A stretch of 64,000 nucleotides of DNA. It comes from Malacoraja senta (Eukaryota). The position numbers and the translations under genes are program-made. Of the stretch, positions 12,661-23,219 are shown one piece after another (the stretch's first letter is position 1; every line of letters starts with the position of its first letter). The stretch lies in NCBI GenBank assembly GCA_038087875.1, contig CM075996.1, positions 10,542,001 to 10,606,000 of the forward strand, read 5' to 3'. Below the pieces are notes generated by a model. It searched no databases. It was given only the letters and a program-made list of their open reading frames with translations, and was not told the DNA's origin.

Positions 12661-13019
12661 ACGCGCAAGGTGGCCCCTAACCCTCCGCCGCTCGAGAAAC
12701 AGGGCCGCAAGAAACGTCGTCGCTCGCTCGCAGCCGAGTGGGCTCGGCGTGACAGAGAAGTGGTCGGTGCAGCCACCTTCCTTCCTCTCTCCCTCCCTCC
12801 CTTCCTGCTGCGGCAGCCAGCCTTGCAAAGTTTGAGGAAAATTGGGGGGTGGGGGGGGGGAGGCAGAGCGTGCGGGTCGGGGGGAGAAACGGCACCAAAC
12901 AGCGGCGGGGCTGGCGAGGGGCCGGCGAGGGAGGCCTTTCTAGGTCCCCAGGCTGGCTCGGAAGCAGGAGGGCAGGCAGGATGCGAAAGGGTGCGCGCAG
13001 TTGCACGCAGTTGCAGGTA
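12660..13019 (+). promoter_or_regulatory. Second, longer copy of the U2 upstream region with no U2 coding sequence
   Basis: ggggagaaacggcaccaaac...gggtgcgcgcagttgc...ggta repeats 9331-9462; the CpG-rich sequence extends further upstream. Confidence 0.65.
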
Positions 13020-13152
13020 CGTACAAGTTTGTAGGTGAATTGGCTTCAGTAAAGATTGTAAATTGTCCCTAGTGTACAGGGATCGCTAGTCAGCGCGGAC
13101 TTAGTGGGCCGGAGGGCCAGTTTCTACGCAGTATCAACAAACTAAACTAAAC
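13020..13152 (+). mobile_element. HE1-like SINE 3' half
   Basis: cgtacaagtttgtagg...aaactaaactaaact. Confidence 0.75.
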
Positions 13153-13314
13153 TCCCCTTTTTTATCCTCTCTTCAGTGCTAGATGCCCTCCTTTACCTTG
13201 TCTGTCTGCACATAATCCGTTTCCCCTCCATTCCCTGCACATCCTCATGTCTATCCAAATGTCTCCTAAATGCCACTATCGTACATGCCTAACCATCAAC
13301 CCCTGGCAGCATTT

Positions 13315-14315
13315 TCATAGAAACATAGAAAATAGGTGCAGGAGTAGGACATTTGGCCCTGCGAGCCAGCACTCATCAATATGATCATGGCTGATCATCC
13401 AGAATCAGTATCCTGTTCCTGCTCCCCCCCCCCCCCACCCCCCCCACTCCCTTGATTATGTTAGCCGCAAGATCTATATCTAACTCTCTCTTGAATAAAT
13501 CTAGTGACTTGGCCTCCACTGTCTTCCGTAGCAGAGAATTCCACAGATTCACAACTCTCTGGCTGAAAAAGTTTCTCCCCATCCCAGTCCTAAATGCCCT
13601 ACCCCTTATTCTTAAACCGACCCCTGTTCTGGACTCTCCCAACATCAGGAACAATTTTCCTGCATCTAGCCTGTCCAATCCCTTAAGAATGTAATATGTT
13701 GCTATAAGATCCCCTCTCGTCATTCTAAATTCCATTGAATACAAGCCTAGTCGATCCATTCTTTCATCATATGTCAGTCCTGCTATCCCGGGGAATAACC
13801 TGGTGAACCTACACTGCACTCCCTTAATAGCAAGATTGTATTTCCTCAAATTAGGAGACCAAAGCTGCATACAATATTCCAGGTGTGGTCTCACTAGGGC
13901 CCTGTTCAACTGCAGTAGGACCTCCTTGCTCCTATACTCGCATCCTCTCGCTATGAAGGCCAACATGCCATTTGCTTTCTTAACTGCCTGCTGTACCTGT
14001 ATGCTTACTTTCAGTGACTGGTCTTGTTGTACCTCCCCTTTTCCAAAACTGACACCATGTAAATAATACTCTGCCTTCCTGTTCTTGCTACCAAAGTGGA
14101 TAACCTCACATTTATCCACATTATAGTGCATCTACCCACCAACCCTATCCAAGTAACCCTGCAGCCTCAAAGCATCCTCCTTGCAGCTCACACTGCCACC
14201 CAGTTTTGTGTCGTCCACAAACTTGGAGATGTTACATTTAATTCCTTTCTCTAAATTGTTCATGTATACTGTAAATAACTGGGGTACCAGCACAGAGCCT
14301 TGCGGCACCCCATTT
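13315..14315 (-). mobile_element. CR1 LINE 3' ~1 kb
   Basis: [15 protein letters not shown] and ORF 13385-14131. Confidence 0.88.
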
Positions 14316-15649
14316 ATGCCTCTCATCTGTCTTGGTCCACCCATTTGCCAATGAACCTCCTCCTCACTCGTATCCACCTAACATTTGCTAGACTTTGTCC
14401 AAACCACCTCTTTGCAGCTTTCTCCCCCAACTACAATTAGTCTGAGGCAGTCTCCACCCAAAACATCACCTATTCATGTCCTCCAGCGATGCAGCTTGAC
14501 CCACTGACTTACTCCTGCACCTAACCTTAGCCTACATCTGGCAAATCATGAAAACACACACCTCCAGATTCACGGGCAGTTTCTTCCCAGCTGTTATCAG
14601 GCAACTGAATCATCCAACTACAACCAGAGAGTAGTGTTGAACTACTACCTACCTCTTTGGTGTCCCTTGGACTATCCTCGATCAGACTTTGCAGGCTCTA
14701 TCTTGCACTAAACGTTATTCCCATATCATTTTTTTAAAAGTAAAAACAAAACGTTATTCCCTTATCAGGTATTTATACACTGCAAATGGTTCGATCGAAA
14801 AGTCTTTTAAATCCCCAGCAGCACGTTCTAGACACTCGCGACCCTCCGTGTAAAAAACTTGCCTTGCACATTTTAAAACTTTGTTCCTCTCACAAAGCTA
14901 TGCCCTCTTGTATTAGATTTTTTTTTCCAAATGGGGAAAAAAAGACATGACTACCTACCCTATCTATGCCTCTCATCTCTGGCCTTATTCCACCCATCTG
15001 CCAATTATTCCCACCCCCTCTCACCTGTTATCCATCTATCATCTGCCAGGCTTTATCTCACCCCAAACTTTCCCCCAGGTTTTTCACCCCCACTACAATT
15101 AGTCTGAAGACGGGTCCCCACCAGAAAAGTCTCCTATCCATGTACTCCAGATGTTGCCTGACCCGCTGAGTTACTCCTGTACTTGGTGACTTTTGTAAAC
15201 CAAGAACTGCAGTTCCTGTAACTGCATAATGTTTATTACTGGGGCAGCAGAGACAACTCATACAAACTCGGTAAAACTGATAGTTATTTCCTGGTGGACA
15301 AATATAGCCACATGTCTCGTTCCTGTGGGGAGCAGGGCAGCTTCAGGGGTAATAACGCAGCGCACATGTTCACGTCACCACTCGGTCTGCGGCAGATTCC
15401 CATGCCCCACATTGAGGGTTGGTGTCCTGAGGCCTTCATCCATCCACCCGGGCCGCAACTTTAGTCTTGTACGGATCAGCGTTGCAACGGCAGTACACAA
15501 ATTCCTGGGTTTGAATCGGTTTCCATTGATTCAGTAAGTCCCGCTGAAGATGTGCAGAACACAGAGGAGTTGGTGCAATGACCTTGGGGACACCTTCAAT
15601 TGACGTTAAGGTGGAGAACAAGGCAGCCGATGGGTTTATACCGAGCGAT

Positions 15650-15793
15650 GTGGCCTCCCTTCTGCACCATCTGCGCGAAGCGGTTGGTGAGCGCCAGCGT
15701 GGTGTCCACGAAGTGATCCACGCAGCTGACCAAGCAGCTCTCAATCCGCGAGTTGAGCCTGGAGCCCGGCTTCTCCACGCACTTGTCCCAGCA
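15650..15793 (-). pseudogene. TIMM8B: TIMM8B (mitochondrial small Tim chaperone) pseudogene fragment, 5'-truncated
   Basis: CWDKCVEKPGSRLNSRIESCLVSCVDHFVDTTLALTNRFAQMVQKGGH: twin CX3C and TIMM8B-type C-terminus. The N-terminus is absent and there is no stop after GGH. Likely 3'UTR continues to AATAAA at 15232-15237. Confidence 0.88.
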
Positions 15794-15796
15794 CTC

Positions 15797-17052
15797 TTTT
15801 TAAATTTTTTTATTTCAAAATAGACTTTATTCAAGTAATAAATATATACAATACGTGAACCGTGCGAAAAATTCATCCGACATTTTCGGAGGCTATACAA
15901 ATAGTTCAATAGTCTATACATTTCTCAAATTTCACAAATCTGTCCCCCACCCTTGCCACTCATGTGGCCCCCTGGCGTGGGATACCTTCCCTTATTTTGA
16001 GGGACGTCTCCACCATACCGTGCCCCCCATGTCCAGCACCGGGAGGACCCTAGACTGTGGTCCTCCCCCACCGAGCCTTGGCGTTGGCTGCACCGAGCTT
16101 CAGTGCGTCCCACAGCACGTACTCCTGCAGTCTGCAGCGGGCCAGTCGGCAACATTCCCTGACGGACATCTCGCTCTGCTGGGTGAACAATGCTCGGGCA
16201 GACCAAAGAGCGTCTTTCACCCAGTTGATGACCTTCCAGCAGCACTCGATGTCAGTCTCTGAATGTGTCCCTGGGAACAGTCTGTAAATCACATAGTCCT
16301 CTGTGACAGAGCTGTTCGGGATAAAGCGTTCCAGGGACCCTTGCATACTTCTCCAGACTCTTTTTGCAAATCCACACTCAGCGAAGAGGTGGGCGACCGT
16401 CTCCTCTCCATAGCAGCCGTGGGCAGCGTGCGCTGGTAGTGAGGTTCCGACGGTGCAGGAAGGATGTGACTGGGAGGGCTCCCCTCACTGCCAGCCAAGC
16501 CAGGTCTTGGTGCTTGTTGGTGAGTTCTGGCGATGAGGCATTTTGCCAGACAAGCTGGGCAGTCTGCTCTGGGAACCACGCCACTGGATCCATCGAGTCC
16601 TTTCCCTGCAGTGCCTGCAGGACATTCCGTGCTGACCACTGCCCAATGGACATGTGGTCAAAGGTGTTGGTCCGGAAGAACCTTTCCACAAACGACAGAT
16701 GGGGCGGCAATGTCCAGCTGACTGGCACATTGTGTGGCATCTGCGCCAGGCCCATCCTTCGCAACACCGGGGACAGATAGAACCTCAGCAGGTAGTGACA
16801 CTTGGTGCCCACGTGCCTTGGCTCTACACTCCGCCTGATGCAGCCACACACAAAGGTAGCCATCAGGGCGAGGGCGACGTTGGGCACGCTTTTACCCCGG
16901 TTGTTTGCTGACTTGTGCATTGTGGCCCGTAGCACCCGGTCTATCCTCGACCCCCAGATGAACTGGACGACGGCCCGGGTGATCCCTGTGGCGTAGGAGG
17001 GAGGGACAGGCCACACTTGCGCCAAGTACAGCAGCCCCGAGAGCACCTCACA
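15797..17052 (-). mobile_element. Tx1/L1-clade LINE, 3' ~1.25 kb with poly(A) tail
   Basis: ORF2 C-terminus (LLYLAQVWPVPP...FIWGSR...HQDLAWLAVRGALP, Cys/His motif, frameshifted); AATAAA and A-rich tail at about 15797-15832. Confidence 0.85.
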
Positions 17053-17059
17053 CCATTTC

Positions 17060-18710
17060 CTTCATTTTTTGAGGAAGTAGAGCAGTGGTTAGACGAGTAC
17101 AAATTGTTCATGATATTCACATGCTGGGATTTGAAGCTCTCAATCATCTCCACTTCAGCACAATTGATACAGTGCTCCACACGGCTTCCTGAAGTTGATG
17201 ACCAACTCTTTTGTTTTCTTGACGTGGAGGGAGTGGTTGATGTCTACCACACCACTAAACTCTGCCTCCTCATAATTTCAGATCGAGTAGTGGTGTCATC
17301 TGTAAACTTAGAAATAGAGTTAGAGCCGAATTTAGCCACAGTCATGAGTGCACGGGGACTGAATTAAGGGTCTGCATTTGCACAGAGGAAGATTTGCTCC
17401 TTACTGACTGGTCTATGGATTAGGAAGTCAAGGATCCAGTTGCAAACGTGCTGAGTCCTACGTCCAAGATTTTGCTTGAAATCATGGTGTTGAATCAATA
17501 AATGGGGAAATAAATGGGGCACACGGAAGGGGAAGGAAGAATTTAGTTAATTAGGTTGTAAGCTACCTACGCAGAATAAGTGGTACTGTTCCTCCAGTTA
17601 GTGTGAGGCATCATCCTGGCAATGGAGGTAGCCTAGGACAGGTGGTCAGTATGGGCAGTGGGGTTAAAATGGCCAATAATCAGCCTTGGTAGACAGAGTG
17701 CAAGTGTTTGGTGAAACGGTTGCCTAGTCTACACTTGATCTCACCGATGTACAGGAGACGACTTTGTGAACACCAAATGCAAATGAGGTTACAAGTGTAC
17801 TTGAACCTGTTTCACCTGGAGGACTGCTGGGGTCCTTGGACAGATGCGCGGGAGGAGGAATAGTGACAGTTATTACATCTCCTGCAGTTGCTGGAGAAAT
17901 TATCTGAGGATGGTCTGTTTTGCTTGGGAAGGGATGAAAGAGTGCGGTCTCTGCGGAAAGGAGCGAGGATGGGAAGATGTGAATGGTAGTGGGATCACAT
18001 TAGAAGTTACGGAAATGTCAGAACCATGTGTTGAAGGACGAGGACCAAGGGAACACTATTCTTGTTCTGTCTGGAGGGAGGTGGAGCCAGAACAGAACTA
18101 CGGGACACGGATGAGATGCGGCTGAGGTAGCCATCCAAGACAGCAACGGAGAAACCATGTTTACTAAAGAAAGATGTCTGAGAATGGAAAGCCTCATCTT
18201 GGGAACAAATGTGGTGGAGACTGAGAAATTGAGAGTAAGGGATGGTGTCTTTGCAAGTGGCAGGGTGGGAGGAAGTGTAGTCTAAATAACTGAGGGAGTC
18301 AGAGGTAAATAAATGAGTCTGCCAATACATCTCCCTGTTTTTCCAGGGACTGTGGGGCCAAGATGATGGCATCTACCTTGAACCTGTTGCAGCAGTAGAC
18401 AAATTGCAATGGATCTAGGCTGTTTGGCAGGCTGTAGTTAACGTAAGATATTACCAACCTATCAAAGCACTTCATGATAGTGTTTGTCAGACCCATGAAT
18501 CATTAAGGAATGCCTTGTTTCTCTTTGACATCAGGATGTTAGTGGTTTTCTAAAAGCAGATGAGAACCACACATTGGCGTAGAAAGAGTTCACAAATGTC
18601 CGTGCTTACTCCTGCTGGTCCACACAGGTTCCGAGGACATGGCCAGGAACTCTATCTCAGCCAATCACTTTATGTGGGTTCACACTCAGGGAGGCCCAGC
18701 TGACGCCTTC
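17060..18710 (-). mobile_element. Degraded Rex1/Babar-like LINE (17060-17500, 18340-18710) interrupted by a Penelope fragment (17530-18310)
   Basis: MKCFDRLV..LDPLQF and EVEMIESFK remnants; YLDYTSSHPATCKDTIPYSQFL is Penelope-type. Confidence 0.65.
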
Positions 18711-19989
18711 TATGATGTCTGTGGACATAGGTGCAACCAAGGCTATTGGGGTAGGTCGTGGTGCCCGCCAGAAGGTTCATTGGTTGGCGGGACCTCACCT
18801 GAAGGCATCATTCATTGAAACAAATCAATTGAGCTTGTCGAGGAGGGATATTTTATTGCCAGGGATTAGATTAAAAGGTCAGGATAATCATATTTCTTCA
18901 AATAAAATATGTGGGATTGCCAAAGTTCAAGCTCTGATGAGGTGAAGAGAGCAGGTTAAAGCAAAACAGTTTCCTGACAAGGAGTCAAATGAAAATGAAA
19001 ATTACAGCACCCAAAAGAGGATGTGAAAATATTTGGCAAATAAAATTCAAAGATGTTTTATTTACATACAGAGCAAGAGAATCTCAGAACTGAGTGCCAC
19101 TGTGATCCTAAAAGGTTGTGTGAAGGCAAGAGGAAATGGATAAGGTTAATTTTATGACACTCTTTACAACAGATTATGATGTGGTTGCTAAGAGGGAAAT
19201 AAGAAGTGTGATAAACATTAAAATCTTTAATTTATAAAGTACAGTTTAATCTGACATTATCCGGCCTGGCTGATTGTTACAATGGTGAGCCGGTGTTGTG
19301 CTGGGCGTTTGAGTTCATGCTAATGAGGCATGGGTCATGAAAGATCACCATTTTATAGCAGAGGCCACACGCTGGCAGTTATCTGCCCAACCACCCACAG
19401 AAATCTACCTCTCAATGTACGTAGTCAGCCTTTGGAAAAACTAAGTGTTGAAACTGACTTTTAGCCTTCAAAATATTTAAAATAACTTGGACAAGCTTAT
19501 TTGGATACACTGACATCCTGCTATTGATTTTTGTTTATTCTTAAATATTCAAAAAATGCATCAGACCTTTTCAATGAAATTGAAACTTTAATTTTCGGCA
19601 GTGCAAACAAAACATTGGTAATTTAAAAGAGAAGCATAAAAATATTAAAAATTCCAGAATTTTTTTAAGTTATAGAAAAAAAAACATTGATTAAGTCATT
19701 GAAGAACTGATAATGTAAATATATACAAACTATATTTAATTTTGATGGTAAACAATGGTAAAGTGGCAAACTCATTTTTTCCTGAATAAACAAATACTGG
19801 TACTTCTGCACATCATCAGGAATCAAACACTAATATAGTTTTAGGAAATAAAAAAAGTATGGGGAAGGGGAACAAAATTAAATTTCCAACCACAAATTCC
19901 AATCACGAGCTGATATGGATTTTATATTTAAGACGGTCAAATTACTGAATCAAACCGTGTATCAAACACAAACAAAATAGGGACAAATA

Positions 19990-20072
19990 AATGTGAACTT
20001 TGAGGGTGGGGGCAAATTTACTTTTGAAAAGTTGCCCTGGGTAAACGGGACGAAAAAGATTGGGAACCCCTG
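19990..20072. mobile_element. hAT (Charlie-like) terminal remnant
   Basis: Ends aaaaagattgggaacccctg, the reverse complement of a CAGGGGTTCCCAA-type TIR; partner TIR not found. Confidence 0.45.
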
Positions 20073-20074
20073 GA

Positions 20075-21492
20075 CTAGACCAAGTGGGACCCGATGTGCC
20101 CCATTCCCACAATAGAATATTTCACCACACACCCATAGACCCCAACTGCGCAGGCGCGGCTGAGGGGTTCCCGTTGTGACGCCAAAGATCCCCGTTGTGA
20201 CGCGAGTCACGGCAACCCTCCACCAACTGCGTCTCGCCATCCCTCTTCCTACCCCCACCCTCGTCCATTCCCCCTTATCCCCCAGCACTCCCTATCTCCC
20301 TCCTCTTCACCCTCCCTCTTCTTTCCTCTCTCCTCCTCCCCTCCCCCACTCCCTCCCACACCTCTTCCTCCCTCTCCTTTCCCCTACCCTCAGTCACTCC
20401 CTCCTTCCATAACCCATGTCCCCTCCGTATCCCTCTCCACTCCGTCTACCACCCTGGTTCCCCACTCCTCACCTCTCCCTATCCCATGCCCCCAATATCC
20501 CTCACCTCCCCCACTGCCCCCTCTCCCTCTATCCCCCACTCCCCACTCACCGACTCCTCTCCAACCCCCCTCCTCCCCCACTCTTCCTCCTTACCTCTCC
20601 CACTTTCCTCTCCCTACCGCCCTCCTCTCCCTCTATCCCCCGCTCCTCATCTCCCCCTATCCCACTCCCCGCAATGAAAATCAAGTTTTTTTTAAATGAA
20701 ACCTCCCCACATCCCAGCCCCACAATGAAAATCGCATAAAAAAAACAAACGTCAAGCTGGAGTTCGGAGCCAATCAATCGATCCCACGTGGGGGAGGGTA
20801 GCGGCGTCAGTGCTCCCCCACATGGGACCCGGAGCAATCAGGCCTCGAGCGGGGTGTGGGAGCCTATCAATCAGCCCCACGTGGGGGGAGGGGGGGGGGT
20901 CGGCGCTGCTCCCACCCTCCCTCTTCCTGCCCCTATCTTCCATTCCCCTCATCCCCCAGCACTCCCTCCTACTCTTCACCCTCTCCTCTCCATTCCCCTA
21001 CTGTCAGTCACTGCCTCCCTCCCTCCATAACTCCTCTACCCTCCCTACCCCTCTCCCTCTATCCCCCTGCTCCCCCCCACTCCTCACTTCCCCGCTATCC
21101 CACCCCCCACAATGAAAATTGTGATTTTTATGTAAATGAGTATCGGGATCCCATTATGAAGTCAATGTGAATGAAAATGGAAGAATTTGAAAAAGCGGAT
21201 TTATTTTAAATAGCAATTTTTTATGTAAATGAGATTCGGGATCCCATTGTGACATCATACGCTGCCAACGGCCAGTGCCAGTGGAAGTGATTTATGCTTT
21301 TTGTAAAGTTTAAAATGTGAATAACATGAAAATATCCCATCAATCTGAACAAAACTTGCCACAGCACATCACAGGACAATGGTGAGTAAGGTGGGCCAAA
21401 AATGTAGCTCAATCGTGTACCGTTTTAGCGTAGTTTCGGGATCACATACATATTCAAACAAACAAGATGGAAGTTTTACAAATATATATAGA
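20075..21492 (-). mobile_element. Non-autonomous Helitron
   Basis: Minus strand A|TCTATATA...GGTCTAG|T with an imperfect GC hairpin just upstream of CTAG; no TSD. Confidence 0.82.
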
Positions 21493-21519
21493 TGATTGTA
21501 AGATGAAAGCATGGCAGCA

Positions 21520-22671
21520 TCTATCTATATCACTAAAACTCATCTTGTTTCTTTGCGTGTGAGTGAGTCCTGGAAACGCCACCAAAACGGTACACGATAG
21601 CGCTACAATTTTTGACTCACTTACTCACCATTGTCCTGGGGTGTGCAATAGCCAAGTTTCGGTCAGATTGTTGGTATATTTTACAAGTTATTGACATTTT
21701 AAACTTTATAAAAATCACTTTTCCACTTGCTCTGCCCATCAGCCGTGTTACAATGACGTCACAATGGGATCCTGAATCTTATTTACATTTTTTAAATCGC
21801 GATTTTCAAAATAAAATCCATTTTAATCAAATTATTCCATTTTCATTCACAATTACGTCACAATGGCATCCGAAATATAATTTACATGAAAAAAATCACG
21901 GTTTTCAAAAAAGTCAGTTTTAATCAAAATCTTCCGTTGTCATTAACAGCTGACATTGTGTTTAAGTTATTTTAAAGAAAAATCGTAATTTTTCATTGTG
22001 AGCGGGTGGGATAGGGGGGAGGTTTCATTTTCAAAAAACATCGCGATTTCCATTGTGGGGGTTGGGTTAGGGGGGGAAATTTCATTTTTTTTTAAAGGGC
22101 AATTTTCATTATGGGGGGAATGGGATAGGGGAGGTGAAGAGTGGGGGAGCAGGGGGATAGGGAGATGAGGGGGAGAGGGAGGGGAAAGTGGGAGAGGTGA
22201 GGTGGGGAGGGGGTAGAGGGAGAGGAGGGGGGAGGTAGGGAGTGGGAAATAGAGGGAGAGGAGGACGGGGAGGTGAGGGAGTGTGGGAGTGGGATAGGGG
22301 GGTGTGAGGAGTGGGGGAGCAGGGAGATAGAGGGAGAGGAAGAGGGTAGGAAGGGGAGAGGAGTTATGGAGGTGAGGGAGTGAGTGTAGGGGAAGGGAGA
22401 AGGAGGGAGAGGTGAGGGAGAGAGTTGAGAAAGGGAGGTAGAGAGGGGAAAGGAGGGAGGGTGGAGGGGGGGAAGTGCTGGAGGATGAGGGGGAATGGAG
22501 GAGGATAGGGGTAGGAAGAGGGATGGGGAGGGTTGCCGTAACTCGCGTCATAATGGAGATCTCTGGTGTCACAACAGGAATCCCTCAGCCGCACCTGAGC
22601 AGTTGGGGGCTATGGGTCAGTGGTGGAATATTGCTTTGGGGGATGGGCCCAACGGGTTCGACCTGGTCTAG
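21520..22671 (+). mobile_element. Non-autonomous Helitron (same family)
   Basis: A|TCTATCTATATC...gggcccaacgggttcgacctggtCTAG|T. Confidence 0.85.
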
Positions 22672-22822
22672 TTGAAAATAAGTGTGATAAATTTGAATAA
22701 AAGCAAAGTGATGGGTGTTAAATCAAAACATGAAATACTGCCTTTGTGTGGTGTACTGGCAAACTTGCATGATATTCTTGCTGGAGATCTGAGGTGGGGA
22801 CAATTCATGTTCAGCACAGCAG

Positions 22823-22828
22823 TTTATT
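22823..22828 (-). promoter_or_regulatory. Candidate poly(A) signal of the SUN gene
   Basis: AATAAA on the minus strand about 280 nt after the stop codon. Confidence 0.45.
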
Positions 22829-23105
22829 CCTGACAGATACAATGCCCACATTGATCTATATTGAAATGTGGTTGGATGTGAAGCTTCAGATGCAAAGAAA
22901 GTAAAAATTGGCAAGATTTGTAGGGTAGGGTTGTAGAGCACGGGGTAGAGGTTGGTCGGGTTGTAGTGGTTAGCAGTGTTGAGCAGGCTTTTGTTGTTAG
23001 CAGTGTTGAGGATTGTGCAATAAAGTGACAAAACAGTGAAGACAGTAAAAATCCAGAATCATAGTTTGAACGCCAGGATGAGCACGGGGCAGCCGACTTC
23101 CAGAA

Positions 23106-23219
23106 TTACGCCGCTGGATCTCCGTGGACACGGAACCGGTAGAGGCATGTGTATTCTGGATGGCCCCAGTTCTTATGCACCCGCAGTTCGATGACTTTGT
23201 ATGCGGGAGCATCTTTATT
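23106..23219 (-). CDS. SUN2: SUN gene terminal coding exon
   Basis: ttttgctttgtag acceptor, then [40 protein letters not shown], the canonical SUN C-terminus. Confidence 0.96.
   Translation of the reverse strand, partial: NKDAPAYKVIELRVHKNWGHPEYTCLYRFRVHGDPAA

Noticed and set aside
12547..13038. 163-aa GC-rich ORF
   Set aside because: It spans a CR1 tail and the U2 upstream copy; stop-poor only because of GC content
15596..15793. Functional TIMM8B last exon
   Set aside because: No splice acceptor or upstream exon; starts at a LINE poly(A) tail; normal stop codon lost
20176..22594. Pro/Ser/Leu-rich ORFs as Helitron-captured genes
   Set aside because: They are translations of pyrimidine tracts; no RepHel or host domain
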